Source of the DNA: Octopus sinensis
Taxonomy: Eukaryota
Direction: 5' to 3'
Assembly: GCF_006345805.1 (NCBI RefSeq)
Contig: NC_043025.1
Span: 1,302,001 to 1,366,000 of the forward strand
DNA: 64,000 nucleotides
Each line of letters begins with the position of its first letter. Within the stretch, counting starts at the first letter, position 1. The notes under the pieces were generated by a model. That model had not been told where the DNA came from. It searched no databases and saw only the letters and a list, made by a program, of their open reading frames with translations. Shown here in pieces: positions 11,845 to 25,469 of the stretch. The translations under genes were made by a program, and so were the position numbers.

Positions 11845-12983
11845 AGAAATAGTTGATAGCTTCCGTTACCTAGGTGACCAAGTCAGTAGATGAGGCGGGT
11901 GTGTTGAAAGTGTAACTGCTAGTGTAAGAATAGCCAGGGCAAAGTTCAGAGAACTCTTACCTCTGCTGGTGACAAAAGGCTTCTCACTCAGTGTAAAAGG
12001 CAGACTGTATGTGTACGAATATGTGTACGAACAGCCATGCTACATGGCAGTGAAACATGGGCCGTGACTGCTGAGGATATGCGTAAGCTCGCAAGAAATG
12101 AAGCCAGTATGCTCCGATGGATGCGTAATGTCAGTGTTCATACTCGACAGAGTGTCAGTACCTTGAGAGAAATGTTGGACCTAAGAAGCATCAGATGGGG
12201 TGTTCAAGAGAGACAACTGCGCTGGTATGGTCATGTGGCGAGAATGGATGAAGATAGTTGTGTGAAAAAGTGCCACACCCTAGCGGTTGAGGGAACCTGT
12301 GGAAGAGGTAGACCCAGGAAAACCTGGGACGAGGTGGTGAAGCACGACCTTCGCTCTTTAGGTCTCACCGAGGAAATGACTAGTGACCGAGACCTTTGGA
12401 AGTATGCTGTGCGTGAGAAGACCCGGCAGGACAAGTGAGACCATAACCCGTAGCCTCTACCTGGGATGTAGCCAGTCTACTTATGCATACCTTTCCTTCT
12501 TGTGACACAAAACTCTACTCGTGAAGAACTGTTGTGGCAAGTGAAAAACGAAATCAAAATCAAAATCGATCAACATCAATGGAAATCCTATCTGTGATAC
12601 CAGTGCCGGTGGCACATAAGAGAATCATCCGAACGTGGCCATTGCCAGCGCCGCCCCGACTGCCTCCGTGCCAGTGACACGTAAAAGGCACCATCCTATC
12701 GTGGCCGTTGCCAGCCTGGCCTGACCCCCGTGCTGGTGGCACGTAAAAAGCACCATCCGATCGTGGCCGTTTGCCAGCCTGGCCTGGCACCTGTGCAGGT
12801 GGCACGTAAAAAGCACCAACTATACTCATGGAGTGGTTAGCGTTAGGAAGGGCATCCAGCCGTAGAAACACAGCCAGATCAGACTGGGCCTGGTGCAGGC
12901 TTCTGGCTTCCTAGAATCCAGTTGAACAGTCCAACCCATGCCAGCATGGAAAGCGGACGCTAAACTATGATGATGATGATGAT
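11845..12983 (+). mobile_element. 5'-truncated RTE LINE with tandemly repeated 3' UTR and (TGA)n tail
   Basis: FRYLGD, MLHGSETW, LRWYGHVARM, GRGRPRKTW. Four units of about 60 bp with GTGCC-N3-GGCACGTAAAAAGCACC at 12603-12817. Tail TGATGATGAT. Confidence 0.9.
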
Positions 12984-12985
12984 AA

Positions 12986-13026
<41 letters not shown>

Positions 13027-13113
13027 TATATACTCATATATATATACACACATATATATACACACATATACACACACATATAGACACATATATATATACA
13101 TATATACATATAT

Positions 13114-16100
13114 GTTGTCGGGTCTCCGCCTGGAGATACTGGTAACATGTAACCCAGTACAACCTGCTACATGGTCGGGTCGCTGCCAACTAAACTGGCA
13201 ACCCACCAAGATTTCTTGGTGAGGAGGGTGATTTGGACACCCAGCAGGACTAAAAACAAAACCTGTCAAAGGGCAGAGGAACTCTCTCGTGAGTCAATGG
13301 CCATCCAAAAACCTACATAAACCCGGAGTGGAGCCCCTAAGGTGGTTGGATTGCGCCATTCGTGCCACCTTCCGGCAGCCCCTGCATCCTGGTCTACCCC
13401 CAGCCGTCTTGACTTTGTCTTGGCACTAGATCCGGCGCACCAGGACGAGAGAATGAGGCTGATCCTGCGCAAGTCACCCTCACTATAACCCAAGTCACGA
13501 CCACGTCATGGTATCATGACACCTACATCACAAAGTCCTGTGGCGATGGGGAAATGGCGAAGTAGCGGGTGAGGATACAATGGGAGCTGCAGTCGTGAAC
13601 CCACACACAGGCGGCTCAGGACATGTGGTCGCCCCTCACTGAACTGAGTCAGCAGTGGAGTCCGGCAGCCTCCTGAGTGACCGAGCAGCCCTCTTCAGGA
13701 TCGCTCTGCTATCCACCGCAGCATGAGGACGGGGCTAGAAAAGGTTGCCCTAAACATAGCCTGCCTCACCTCACCCTGGTCAGCAAACCGCGGCTGGCGG
13801 GGATCCTTTCCAAGCGGTCGAAACAAAGAAAGAAGGAAACAAACAAAGGTGCTCCCTTTCGCAACTTAGAACACGAGAACTCTGCTTGACAACACCAAAG
13901 TGGACAGACCAGAGAGACGAACTGCCCTGGTGGCCAGAGAACTGAGCCGATACAATTTCGATATCGCAGCACTGAGCGAGACCCGCCCTGCGGACAAAGG
14001 CCAGCTGACAGAGACAGGCGGCGGCTACACTTTCTTTTGGAGTGGTCGCAGCAGCGAAGAGCGTCGTGAGGCTGGTGTTGGTTTTGCCATCAAGTCAGTA
14101 CACGTGCGGAAACTGGAATGCTCCCCCGAGGGTATCAACGATCTGCTGATGAAGATGCAGCTCCCACTTGGAAACAAGACTAGTGCGACCATCATCAGCG
14201 CTTACGCCCCCACCATGACCAACCCTGAAGAAGTTAAGGACAGGTTCTCTGAGGAACTCGACTCCCTCATCACGTCAGCCCAGCCTGGGAAGCTCATCCT
14301 CCTTCGGGACTTTAACGCCCGTGTCGGGACTGACCACCAAGCCTGGCATCGCGTACTGGGAAAGCAAGGAATAGGAAAGTGCAACAACAACGGGCAGCTC
14401 CTCCTGCGTGCGTGTGCCTCTCATGATCTTACCATCGCCAACACCTTTTTCCGTCTGCCAATACGCAACAAGACATCATGGATGCATCCACGCTCCAAAC
14501 ACTGGCATCTGATAGATTGCGTCATCGTCAGGGCGAAAGACAGGCGGGACGTGAGACTGGTCAAAGCCATGTGTGGAGCTGATTGCTGGACGGACCATCG
14601 CCTCATCATCTCCAGGATGGATTTCTACATCCAACCTAAGAGAAGACCACAGGGTCAGAAAGTGATGAGGAAGCTTAACATCATGAAATTAAAGAACCAG
14701 CTGACTGCACAAGATCTCCAGTCACGTATGGACAGCAAGCTGTTGGACATTCGAAATGACCAGTCCATCGATGAGCAGTGGGAATCATTCAGGGACACGG
14801 TCCATTCCATCGCCCTTGAAACTCTAAGCCAAGTTACGAGAAACCACCAGGACTGGTTCGACGAAAACGACCAGGAAATCCAAAAGCTCCTGGAAGAGAA
14901 ACGCCGTCTTCTGCGTGTCCACAAAAATGACACCAACTGCACGGCAAAGAAGGCTGCTTTCAACAACATTCGCAGCACAGTCCAGGCAAAACTCCGCCTC
15001 ATGCAAGACGCATGGTTAAGCGCCAAGGCGGATGAAATTCAGGGATACGCAGACAAACACGACACCAAGAAATTCTACGAGAAACTGAAAGCTGTCTAAG
15101 GACCGCAGTTCTCCTTTGGATCAACCCCCCTGCTCAGCTCGGATGGAACCTCACTCCTGACTAACAAGAGGCTGATCCTGGAGAGATGGGCGGAGCATTT
15201 CAACATCGTGCTCAACCGACCAGTCCAGATCAATGAGGAAGCCATCGCACGACTCCCCCAGGTGCCGACAAACCACGAGCTGGCTGCTCCCCCTGCAGTC
15301 GAGGAAGTGAGCAGAGCCATCAAAAAAATGTCCACCGGCAAAGCTCCAGGCTCTGGCGCCATCCCTGCAGAGGTGTTCAAGTCGGGCGGCCCCACCATGA
15401 TCAGTCAGCTCACCAGCCTGTTCCAGTCGATGTGGGACAGGGAACAACTCCCTCAATATTTATGGGACGCAACAATCGTCCACATTTATAAGCGGAAAGG
15501 AGATCGGCAGTACTGCGACAACCACCGAGGAATCTCCCTCTTGTCCATAGCAGGCAAGATCCTGGCCCGAGTCCTGCTTGACCGCCTTCTGGAACACTTG
15601 GAGCAATGCCTTCTCCCTGAGAGCTAGTGTGGCTTCCGCACGGGTCGAGGGACCACTGGCACTGATATTCGCCGCCCGCCAGCTGCAGGAAAAATGCATG
15701 GAGCAGCACCTTAACCTCTGCATGACCTTTGTTGACCTCACCAGGGCTTTCGATACAGTCAGTCGGGAGGGACTCTGGAAGGTCATGGGAAAATTTGGTT
15801 GCCCCAGCAAATTTATTGCAATTGTCCGCCAGTTCCACGACGGAATGACAGCCAGAGCCCTTGAAGACGGCAACTTGTCTGAAGTCTTCCAGGTGACCTA
15901 CGGAGTCAGGCAGGGCTGTGTCCTGGCCCCAACACTGTTCAGCATCATGTTCTCGGCAATGCTGTCCGACGCCTTCAGGGACTGCAAGTCTGGTATCGAC
16001 ATCAAGTACAGGACGGACGGGAAATTTTTCAACTCCAGAAGATTGCAGGCCATCACAAAGGTGAGGGAGACAGTCGTCAGAGACTTACTCTTTGCTGACG

Positions 16101-17078
16101 ACTGCGCCCTTAACGCAATCGATGAGCAGGAGATGCAGCTCGGGATGGACAGGTTCTCATCAGCCTGTGACAACTTCGGTCTCACCATCAGTGCCAAGAA
16201 AACCGAAGTGATGTTTCCGCCAGCCCCCGGCAAACAATACCATGAGCCTCAGATAAAGGTGAACGGACGAGTCCTACGAGCGGTGGAAAACTTCACCTAC
16301 CTGGGCAGCACTCTCTCCTGCAATGCCAACATAGATGCTGATATCATCAACAGAATCTCCAAGGCAAACAGCGCGTTTGGGAGACTGTGAAGGAAAGTCT
16401 TGGAGCGGAGAGGAATCAGCCTCAACACCAAGCTGAAAGTCTACCGGCCAGTCGTGCTTACCACCCTACTATACGGCTGCGAGACGTGGACTGCTTACCG
16501 AAGGCACGAGCGCCAGATTAACCACTTCCACCTCAGGTGTCTTCGGAACATCCTTCACATCCGCTGGCAAGACAAAGTCCCAGACACGGAAGTTCTGAAG
16601 CAGACAGATCTCGCTAGCACCATTATGATAATGCGCAAGGCCCAGCTGAGATGGGCAGGCCACGTCTCCCGCATGTCCGACACTCGCATCCCAAAACAGC
16701 TCTTCTACGGTGAACTCAGCCAGGGTAAATGCAAAGTCGGAGGGAAGAAGAAGCGCTTCAAGGACAGTCTCAAAGACTTCTCCATCGGCACAGAGACTTG
16801 GGAGACACTTGCTGTCGACCGATCATCCTGGCGCAGCGCAATCACCACAGGAGCAGGGACAGCCGAGTAGGGACGGTTTCGGTCAGCAGAACAGAAACGC
16901 CAGATGCGGAAAGCCAGAGCCACCTGCACCAATAGCACAGCACCTACCCACTTCTGCCCCACCTGTGGGAGGTGCTTTCTTGCCCGGATTGGCCTCACCA
17001 GCCACCTCCGGTCTCATAGCAGCAATTCCACCAAATGATGTCAATGGACATCTTCGAACCTGAAGGACGAACATTAAG
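13114..17078 (+). mobile_element. Full-length RTE (BovB-like) LINE: 5' UTR, APE, RT, C2H2; inactivated
   Basis: APE motifs T*NTRTLLD, DIAALSETR, DFNARVG, HWHLID, TDH. RT motifs RQGCVLAPTLF, LLFADD. C-terminal [21 protein letters not shown]. Stops at 13867, 15097, 15625 and 16388, frameshift near 15650. Lies in a TA-rich microsatellite. Confidence 0.95.
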
Positions 17079-17130
17079 ATACATATATATATATACACAT
17101 ATATATAAACACATATATACATATATATAC

Positions 17131-17168
<38 letters not shown>

Positions 17169-17425
17169 ATATACATATATGTATATACATATATGTATAT
17201 ATATACATAATTGCAGCGTACATAAATATATACACATATATATATATATATATACATATATATACATATATATACATATATATATACATATATATATACA
17301 TATATATATATACATATATACATATATATACATATATATATATATACATATATGTATATACATATATATACAATATATATACATATACATACATATACAT
17401 ATACATATACATATATATGCATGTG

Positions 17426-17458
<33 letters not shown>

Positions 17459-17512
17459 ATATGCATACATATATACATATACATCCATATATACATATAC
17501 ATATATATATAT
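17079..17512. repeat. (TA)n/(TATACA)n low-complexity tract
   Basis: Direct reading. Confidence 0.95.
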
Positions 17513-17532
17513 GTAATAATGGAAAACCTCTA

Positions 17533-17625
17533 TAATTGGCTGATGATTACTCAGCATTTTAAAACTGTTGTAATACTTACATCATTTAATAAAATGATGT
17601 AGTACGAAACGATCGTGCCAAATTA
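17533..17625 (+). ncRNA. Type-I hammerhead motif in the 5' end of the Penelope-like element
   Basis: TAATTGG CTGATGA [two hairpins, including TACATCATTT/AAATGATGTA] GAAA, palindrome ACGATCGT, then G CCAAATTA. The cleavage triplet is GUG, which is non-canonical. Confidence 0.65.
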
Positions 17626-19814
17626 CCGGATTCATTCTTGTTGCTTATTTTGATTATAATCACCCCACGGATTTATATGGATAACACCACGCAGAATTCT
17701 GGTGCGTCTAAATTAAGTACCATATTCATTTGAATCTAAATTTTTGCTGAACTTATAATTCCATAAATTGTGTATGCTTTCCGGTACTTAACTTCTCAAC
17801 AAGGATGAAAAAGGTAAATATAGAGTTTTCCCCAAAGGATATCCCATTTCATAGTAAGGACGAATACATATGGCTATTGATCCACAGAACCAATGAGTTT
17901 ATCCAAAGAATTAGATGGATTACTTACCACCACGATACCAAACCGAAAGAAGACCCTCAACTAACACACTTGAATAATCGCTACAAAAAGATTTTTAGAA
18001 GTAGGAAGAGCCCACCTCCGAATCCATTGCTTGAAAACTTTGAAAAGGATCTACTGGACCTTATCGTAAATATTAAATTCAAGGAACATCCACTAAGGTA
18101 TAATCCACACCTTAGACATCTAAAGGATTACATTAAATCTATTCAAGGTAAACAGGACATCCTGGTCCCAGCCGACAAAACTGGAAACCTTTACAGAATG
18201 GATTATGCAACTTACAGCAAACTCATTAGAAAGGAACTAAACTTAAGGTATAAAGTAACAACAAAGAAAAACCTAAGAGATATTAATTTAGAAATCAAAA
18301 AAGTTACGGCAAATTATGATCTGACCGATAGAACGGAGCCTCTAAAACCATGTGAACCCAGGATTAATCTTAAGGACCACAAGAAAATTTTCTCCGAAAA
18401 CCCCTCGGTAAAACACATATGTACAACTAAGTCGGACATTGGTCGACTTAGCAAATCTATTTTGGACAATATTCTACCCCGTATAATTCCTAATCTCCCC
18501 TTGAGTCTATGAATTAATACAGATGAGGTAATAGATTGGTTTAAATCTCTAGATAACACTAATAGAATCTCTTTTATCCAATTTGACATTAACAATTACT
18601 ATTCTAGTATATCCCCCATTCTACTTAATAAATCACTTATTTTTGCTAAGAACCGCTCTCTCATATCTAGAGAAGAAATTGACATCATCCTATTAGCTAG
18701 AAAAACTATCATCGAATTTGAAGGAAAATTATGGACTAGGGTGGATACCCCTAATAATTTTGATATACCCATGGGCTCAAGTGACTTGGCGGAGATAACC
18801 AATCTGGTAGGAGCATACTTATTAAAATGCATAAACAGAGATATCCCAGAATTACAAGGTGGTCTATATAGGGATGATGCTTTGTTTGTTGTACCTAGCA
18901 ACAGTAAATCAAGTATTGAGAGCATAAAAAAGAAAATTAGCAATTTTTTTAAAGATTTTCACCTAGGCATTACATATGAACCTAACACCAAGATAGTTAA
19001 TTTCCCAGACGTTACCTTAGACTTGAATTCAAAGTTACATTACCCATTTAGAAAGGAGGGAAAAGTTACCAGATATGTAAGTCATCCAATCACCTCCCCC
19101 CCGAATATACTAAAATCATTAGATAAAAATATTTCTCTGAGAATTTCAAAATTATCATCAAATAGTGAAATCTTTAACTCTCACTCTAATCATTATAATG
19201 TTGCATTATCTAAGGCTGGTTATGAGCAGGAAATCACCTTCCTAGATATTGACAACATAAATCTCCGAAATAATGAAGTGAATGTAAATGGCTTAAGTAA
19301 TAAAGAATCTCATACTCTAAATAAACATAAATCAATAGAGGAAAAGAACCTAGCGTATAAACCTAATTATAAGAATAGAAATAGTAAACAGATCATAAAT
19401 AAATATGAAAATGCTAGCCTAGATAAACCCGATAGGCATAAAAGTAATACTAAAAGGAATAATAATTCTCGTATGAATACTGATAACACTAAACCTTCCT
19501 ACTTTTACTTTAACAAAAAATATAAGAGAGAAAATGTCATTTGGCTAAATATCCCCTTTAATTGTACGATCTCGACGAATGTGTACAGTAGATTTATGTC
19601 TATACTGGAAAATAATTTCCCAGCCTCCCATAAATATCATAAAATAATTTCTAAAAGATCAGTGAGAATTTCATATTCCACTCTCCCAAACATGGCTGCC
19701 ATAATAGCTAGGCTTAATAGTAAAAACATTAAGTTAGCCAGGAGTAGAATGAATAGTAACAACAATGATAGTAATAATAGTTGTAAAAATAGCAATAATA
19801 ATAATAACAATAAC

Positions 19815-19890
<76 letters not shown>

Positions 19891-19891
<1 letters not shown>

Positions 19892-21420
19892 TGAATAAGG
19901 CATTCAGTGATGAAGGAAAGGATCAGGAGAGAATGTTATCGCAGAGTAAGAGCAATACTCAAGACAGAGCTGAATGCGAGAAACAGGATCGAAGCGATCA
20001 ATGCATTAGCCATACCAGTCGTGACTTACAGTTTCAATATCGTTAACTGGTCAATTACTAAAATATGTAATCTTGACAGAAAAATACGAAAACTGTTGAC
20101 AATGCATAGAATGCACCACCCTAAGGCAGATACAGAACGACTTTATCTGCCAAGAAAAGAGGGAGGCCGTGGACATTTACAACTGGCAATAACAATGAAG
20201 ATTGCTGCAATTGGCCTAGACACCTACCTGAAAAACTCTGAGGACTGGATGTTAAAACTTGTCTCAAAACATGAAAACAAGAAAGCATCATACTCAGTAA
20301 CAAAACAGGCAAAGGAATATCTAAGTGAATTCCGAATACAACAAATTTCGGAATTAGAGATAGACATACAAGAAACAAGCACAGAAAAAGCTAAGCGCAT
20401 GAAATCTTGTGCTAAAACTGTGGCCTTAGATATTCTGAATGATAAATGGCAAGAAAAACCTCTCTATAGCAAATACCCAAAGTTAGTGAATAATGCAGAT
20501 GTTGACAAAGCCCTGACCCATCAATGGCTAATGGCCTCTGGCTTAAAATCTGAAACAGAAGGGTTTATCATAGCAGCTCAAGATCAATGACTACCTACAA
20601 GAAACTACCAGGCCAACATATTAAAGAACGGCTGTGGCCCAACATGTCGTGTATGTCAACAACAAAATGAAACCATTGATCATGTTGTCTCCAAATGCAG
20701 TCTTCTAGCGCCTACAGAGTACCTCAACAGGCATGATAGAGCTGCACAATATATTCACTGGGTAATTTCCAAAAACCTGGATTTGCCCCATAATAAAAAC
20801 TGGTGGGAACACAATCCACCTCCAGTGCTTGAAAATGACCACATCTCACTCCTCTGGAACTTCACCATTCAAAATGACAGAAAGATAGATGCAAATAGGC
20901 CAGACATCATATTGAAAGACTTCAAACAAAGAACATGCCTCCTCATTGATATGACTGTCCCAATCGATATAAACGTATCTGTCAAGACCTACCATAAACT
21001 GAGCAAATATAAAGATCTTGAAATAGAAATCAGCAAAATGTGGAAGCTGAAGACTAAATCAATACCTATTGTCATAGGTGCCCTGGGAATGATAGCAAAA
21101 GGGGCTGATGCTACCTAACTCAGATACCAAGAAACCCCAAAATGGCAGAAATTCAAAAGATAGTGCTCATGGGAACTGCTCATATCCTACGCAAAATACT
21201 TTCTATGTAATCTCAAGGTTTAAAACAAACATAATTTTCTTTTTTTTCTTTTTTTTCTTTTTCTTTTTTTTTGGACATTCACTAGTAAAACACCAAAAAG
21301 ACCCCAAATATATGGCACACTAGGCATAACAACAGCATGAACTTCCAACCTGTTGTCTCTTGAGGTCTCTGGGTGAAACTTGGAGCCAAGTTGTACAAAT
21401 ATAAAGCAAAAGTCAAACAG
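19891..21420 (+). mobile_element. 5'-truncated R4/Dong-clade LINE (restriction-like endonuclease) inserted in (AAT)n
   Basis: HHPKADTERLYLPRKEGGRG, ETEGFIIAAQDQ, zinc knuckle CRVC..ETIDHVVSKC, RHD, RPDI..LIDMTVP..KLSKY. (AAT)n on both flanks. Confidence 0.9.
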
Positions 21421-22199
21421 AATAATAATGATAATAATAATGGTAATGATAAAAATAATATTAATAATGATGATGATGATGATAATAATAATAATAATAA
21501 TATAATAATAATAATAATAACAACAACAACATTGATGTAAATAGTGATAATAGCAATACCAATAATATAGGTAGTATAAATAAAAGTATGGTAGGTGATG
21601 ATAATGGGGATGGATTAATAACTAGTAACCCTAATTTACATAACGTAATTACTAATAATGAAAATATTACTAATACTAATAATAATTTAAATAACAGTAA
21701 TGGAAATGAACTGTCCTTAAATAAATCCAGTACCGGACACTATCCCCCCAGTTGTAATTGTAGGATTATATCAAAATGTCCGGTATCTGGTCGTTGTTTG
21801 TTCCAAAACGTAATTTATAAATGCACGATAATAACTTTTAACAATAGCTTTCTTTATTTCGGATGTCTTAACAATCATTTTTCCTCTTTTAGGCTCAAAC
21901 ATAAGGCAGGTTGCACAACATTATCTAGCAAAATTTGGGAACTAAAAACAAATAATATAGAATTCAACCTAAAATGGGATATAGTAAGAAGGGCGCAACC
22001 TTATAGAAATAGTAGGGATGGTTGTCAACTTTGTTCTATGGAAACTTATGAAGTTTTGAAGCATCAGAGTAATACAAATCTGTTGAATAACCGTTTGGAG
22101 CTGGGAAAATCTTGTATACATCGTACGAACCGAACGTTTAAATACTTTAAATAATAATTTTGTGAATATTCCTATATTTTTCAAATTTTAATTCCTTAA

Positions 22200-22695
22200 A
22201 ACCAAATAAGTAGGAATATTCCATACTGGCTTTCAATTTAACATTCATAGATGACTAAAAAAGACTTCACTGCAAACTTAAAATTGAATTCTTTTTTCTA
22301 AAATTAAACTGTATGAATCTAAATAGTTCGAATCCTAAATAGCATGAATCCCAATAAGTAGGAATACTAAATAGTATGAACCCTATGTCCCTAAAGAAAC
22401 TATTCGGTTCACCTTGATTATCTCACTTCCATTTCTTAATATATAATTAGTCTAAGATATCTTTACAAAATATATATTTAACCAAATAGGAACGAATATA
22501 CCATACTGGTTTTAGTTTAACACTCATAAATAATTAAAGAACTTCATTATAAACTTAAAATTATATTCTTCTTTTTATAATGTTCTCCAATACTAAGTAG
22601 TATTAATCCTATGTCCCTAGGGTAACTATTTGGTTCATCTTCATTATCTCACTTAAATTTCTTAATATATAATTAACCTAAGATATTTTTACCTA
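22200..22695 (+). repeat. Diverged tandem duplication in the 3' non-coding region of the Penelope-like element
   Basis: CCATACTGG..TTTAACA.TCATA...AAACTTAAAATT and CCTATGTCCCTA...ATTATCTCACTT...CTAAGATAT each occur twice (about 22200-22470 and 22480-22695). Confidence 0.8.
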
Positions 22696-22822
22696 ACTAA
22701 TTAACTTTTATCCGCAGGTAGTAATTTTATTCCCAATAGATACCATTTTTTAATTCATTAATATCAACTTACTATCCATGAAATTTGATTAATTTTCTCT
22801 TCTAAATCACCTCCCCTTATAT

Positions 22823-24624
22823 ATCTAGATTCCATCCTCTCTTTCGTTCAATCCTTCCATCCTGCCCTCCACTTCACCTCCACTATCTCCTATACCTCTG
22901 TCTCCTTCCTCGACATTTCGGTCAGCATTCATCACTCCTCTCTTACCACCTCCATTCACTACAAACACACAGACTCACACTCATACCTAAACTTTTCTTC
23001 CTCCCACCCCAAACACACCAAGCTTTCCATCCCCTATTCCCAATTCCTCCGTCTACGTAGGCTCTGTAGTGACGACCATGACTTTGAGACTCAGTCTCAA
23101 CTCATGGCTCGCCACTTCATCCTACGTGGATATCCCCTCACCACTATCCACACCGCCCTTGCCAGAGCGCGTTCCGTAGACCGTGCATCTTCTCTCTACC
23201 CCCCGAACCCGCCCTGCAGTCTCCCGCCTCCCTTTTCCCCTCACTTATCACCCCACCACGCTACCTCTCCAACGCACAATTCTTCGAGCTTTCCGGCATC
23301 TCCAGTCCGACCCGTCCACTTCACACCTCTTCCCTAACCGACCACTCCCCTCTTTCAAACGAGCCCATAACCTACGAGACCTCTTGGTCCACAGCTTCTT
23401 CCCTGCCCCTACCTCCCAACCTGGCTCACTCCCCTGCTCCCGCCCACGTTGCCGCACTTGCCGTTACCTCTCCAACACCACCCTCCTCACTGGCACCTAT
23501 CATCGACCCTATCGCATCATCGACTCCTTCACCTGCACCTCCAGCAATATTATCTATTGCATTTCCTACTCTCTCTGCCATTCCCTGTTCATCGGACAAA
23601 CGGGACGCCGCTTGGCTGACCGGTTCGCAGAACACCTCCGAGACATCCGCCTTGCCAATGACACACCGGTCTCACGCCATTTCCGCTCCACCGGTCACTC
23701 CTTTGATCACCTGTCTGTGTTCGGATTGTCCTTGCACAGAGGCCATCCGGATTCCCGTTTGCGCCGTGAACAGGGATTAAACTTCTCTCTTCGATCTTTT
23801 ACGCCATTTGGTCTCAACTCTCCCCCTTTTCATCTACTTCTCTTCAGTCCTTCATCTTTTCACCCCTACTCTCTTTCCCTCCTCTTCCCTCCTTTCCCTT
23901 CTTCCCTCTTCTTTCTTCTTTCTTCTTTCTTTTTCCCTCTTCCCCCTCTCTCTTTCTCTCTGCTCCCTCACTCCCCTTCTCTTCCCCTCCTCCTCTTCTC
24001 CCTCTCCCCTACTTTCCCCTCCTCTTCCTCTCCCTCTCCCCTCCTCTCCTTCTCCCCCTTCTCCCCTCCCCTTCCTTCCTCCTCCTCTCCTTCCTTCTCT
24101 CTCCCCTCCTCATCCCCTCCTCCTCCACCCTCTCCTCGCCTCATCTCCTCTCTCTCCTCCCCTCATCTCCCCTCTCTTCCCTCCCCTCATCCCCTCTCAC
24201 TCTCCCCTACACCACACTACACTACACCATACGACATTACACATCACATCATACATACATACACACGTCCAGACCACCAGCCCTCTTCCACATGCACATA
24301 CATACTCTCTGATGCACACACGCACCTTCAGGTTGGAGCGAGGTCACTTGACCCTGTTATCTCCCCTACTATCCCTCTAGCGTCTAATGTCTGACCTCTA
24401 ACGTTTGACTTCTGAAATCAGAATGCCATGTTGGATCGTTAGCCCCTACATGCAATTTTTTTTTCTCTCCTTGTTTCTTTTCTGTGTATCTTTCTGTCAA
24501 AGAGCGTAGGCTCGAAACGTAAAAGACTTGTTCTATTTCTATTCCTGAGCACCATACTAATACAATTGTTTGTTTGTACTCCACCTGCCTTCGTCTTTTG
24601 TTTATTTTCGTAAACCTTCCCATT
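22823..24624 (+). mobile_element. 5'-truncated Penelope-like element, copy A (RT thumb, GIY-YIG, CT-rich tract, pLTR)
   Basis: SFLDISV, IPYSQFLRLRRLCS, PCSRPRCRTC, NIIYCI..FIGQTGRRLADRFAEH. Polypyrimidine tract at 23830-24215. Confidence 0.92.
24489..24526 (+). ncRNA. Minimal hammerhead variant in the pLTR of copy A
   Basis: TCTTT CTGTCAAA GAGC gtag GCTC GAAA CG TA AAAGA. Confidence 0.55.
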
Positions 24625-24639
24625 ATATATATATATATA

Positions 24640-24702
<63 letters not shown>

Positions 24703-24768
24703 CTATATATATATATAATATATATACATATATATATATTATACATATATATATATATATATACATAT

Positions 24769-24939
<171 letters not shown>

Positions 24940-25003
24940 CATATACACTGGAGTAAACACATATATGTGAAACAAGGTGGAAAAAAAGAGTACTCAAATA
25001 CCA

Positions 25004-25039
25004 TGTCCGACGAACGGGAACGTGAAACTCAGAGTAACA
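25004..25039 (+). ncRNA. Minimal hammerhead-like motif in a fragment of about 130 bp within (TA)n
   Basis: TGT CCGACGA ACG ggaa CGT GAAA CTC a GAG TA ACA. All three stems pair; the core has U4C. Confidence 0.55.
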
Positions 25040-25469
25040 GGTTTTGTTGAATTTTCTGCTGCTTTAAATAAAGTATATACATATATATATTTTTTAGTAC
25101 CTCTTTATTCGAGTGCATAAGGATACATATGTACATATACATGTGTGTATGTATATATGTGTGTGTAGGGATATATATATACATACACGTGTGCGTGTGT
25201 GTATATATGTGTGCGCGTATATACATTTATTATTTTTGGGTGTGTATGTGTGAGTGTGCATGTATATATGTATATATACATAGCGATTTGCTTGCTTATG
25301 TATGTGCGTATGTACGTGTGTGCGCGCATGTACGTATATACGTAGGTTCTTGTGTCTAGGTGCATGCACGTTTCTTCCATGTGTGTATGTGTGTACATAT
25401 ATGTATGTATGTATATGTGTATATATATATATGTATGTATATGTGCGGGTACGTATATGCATAAAACGT

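Larger units (their letters stand above)
17513..22820 (+). mobile_element. Near-complete Penelope-like element (Hydra-clade-like), interrupted by a Dong LINE
   Basis: One frame from 17805 to about 19850, broken only by TGA at 18510 (a Trp position). Motifs PADKTGNLY, FIQFDINNYYSSI, IPMGSSDLAEI, GLYRDD. Asn-rich linker, then CNCx5C, VIYKC..LYFG, CQLC and LLNNRLEL at 21750-22150. Has a 5' hammerhead and sits next to (TA)n. Confidence 0.9.

Noticed and set aside
12603-12817. Regularly spaced repeats resembling a CRISPR array
   Set aside because: The spacers are themselves homologous, the context is a eukaryotic LINE 3' UTR, and there are no cas genes.
23808-24394. Pro/Ser/Leu-rich extensin-like ORFs (also 30126-30434)
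   Set aside because: Read-through of the CT-rich tract in the Penelope 3' region.
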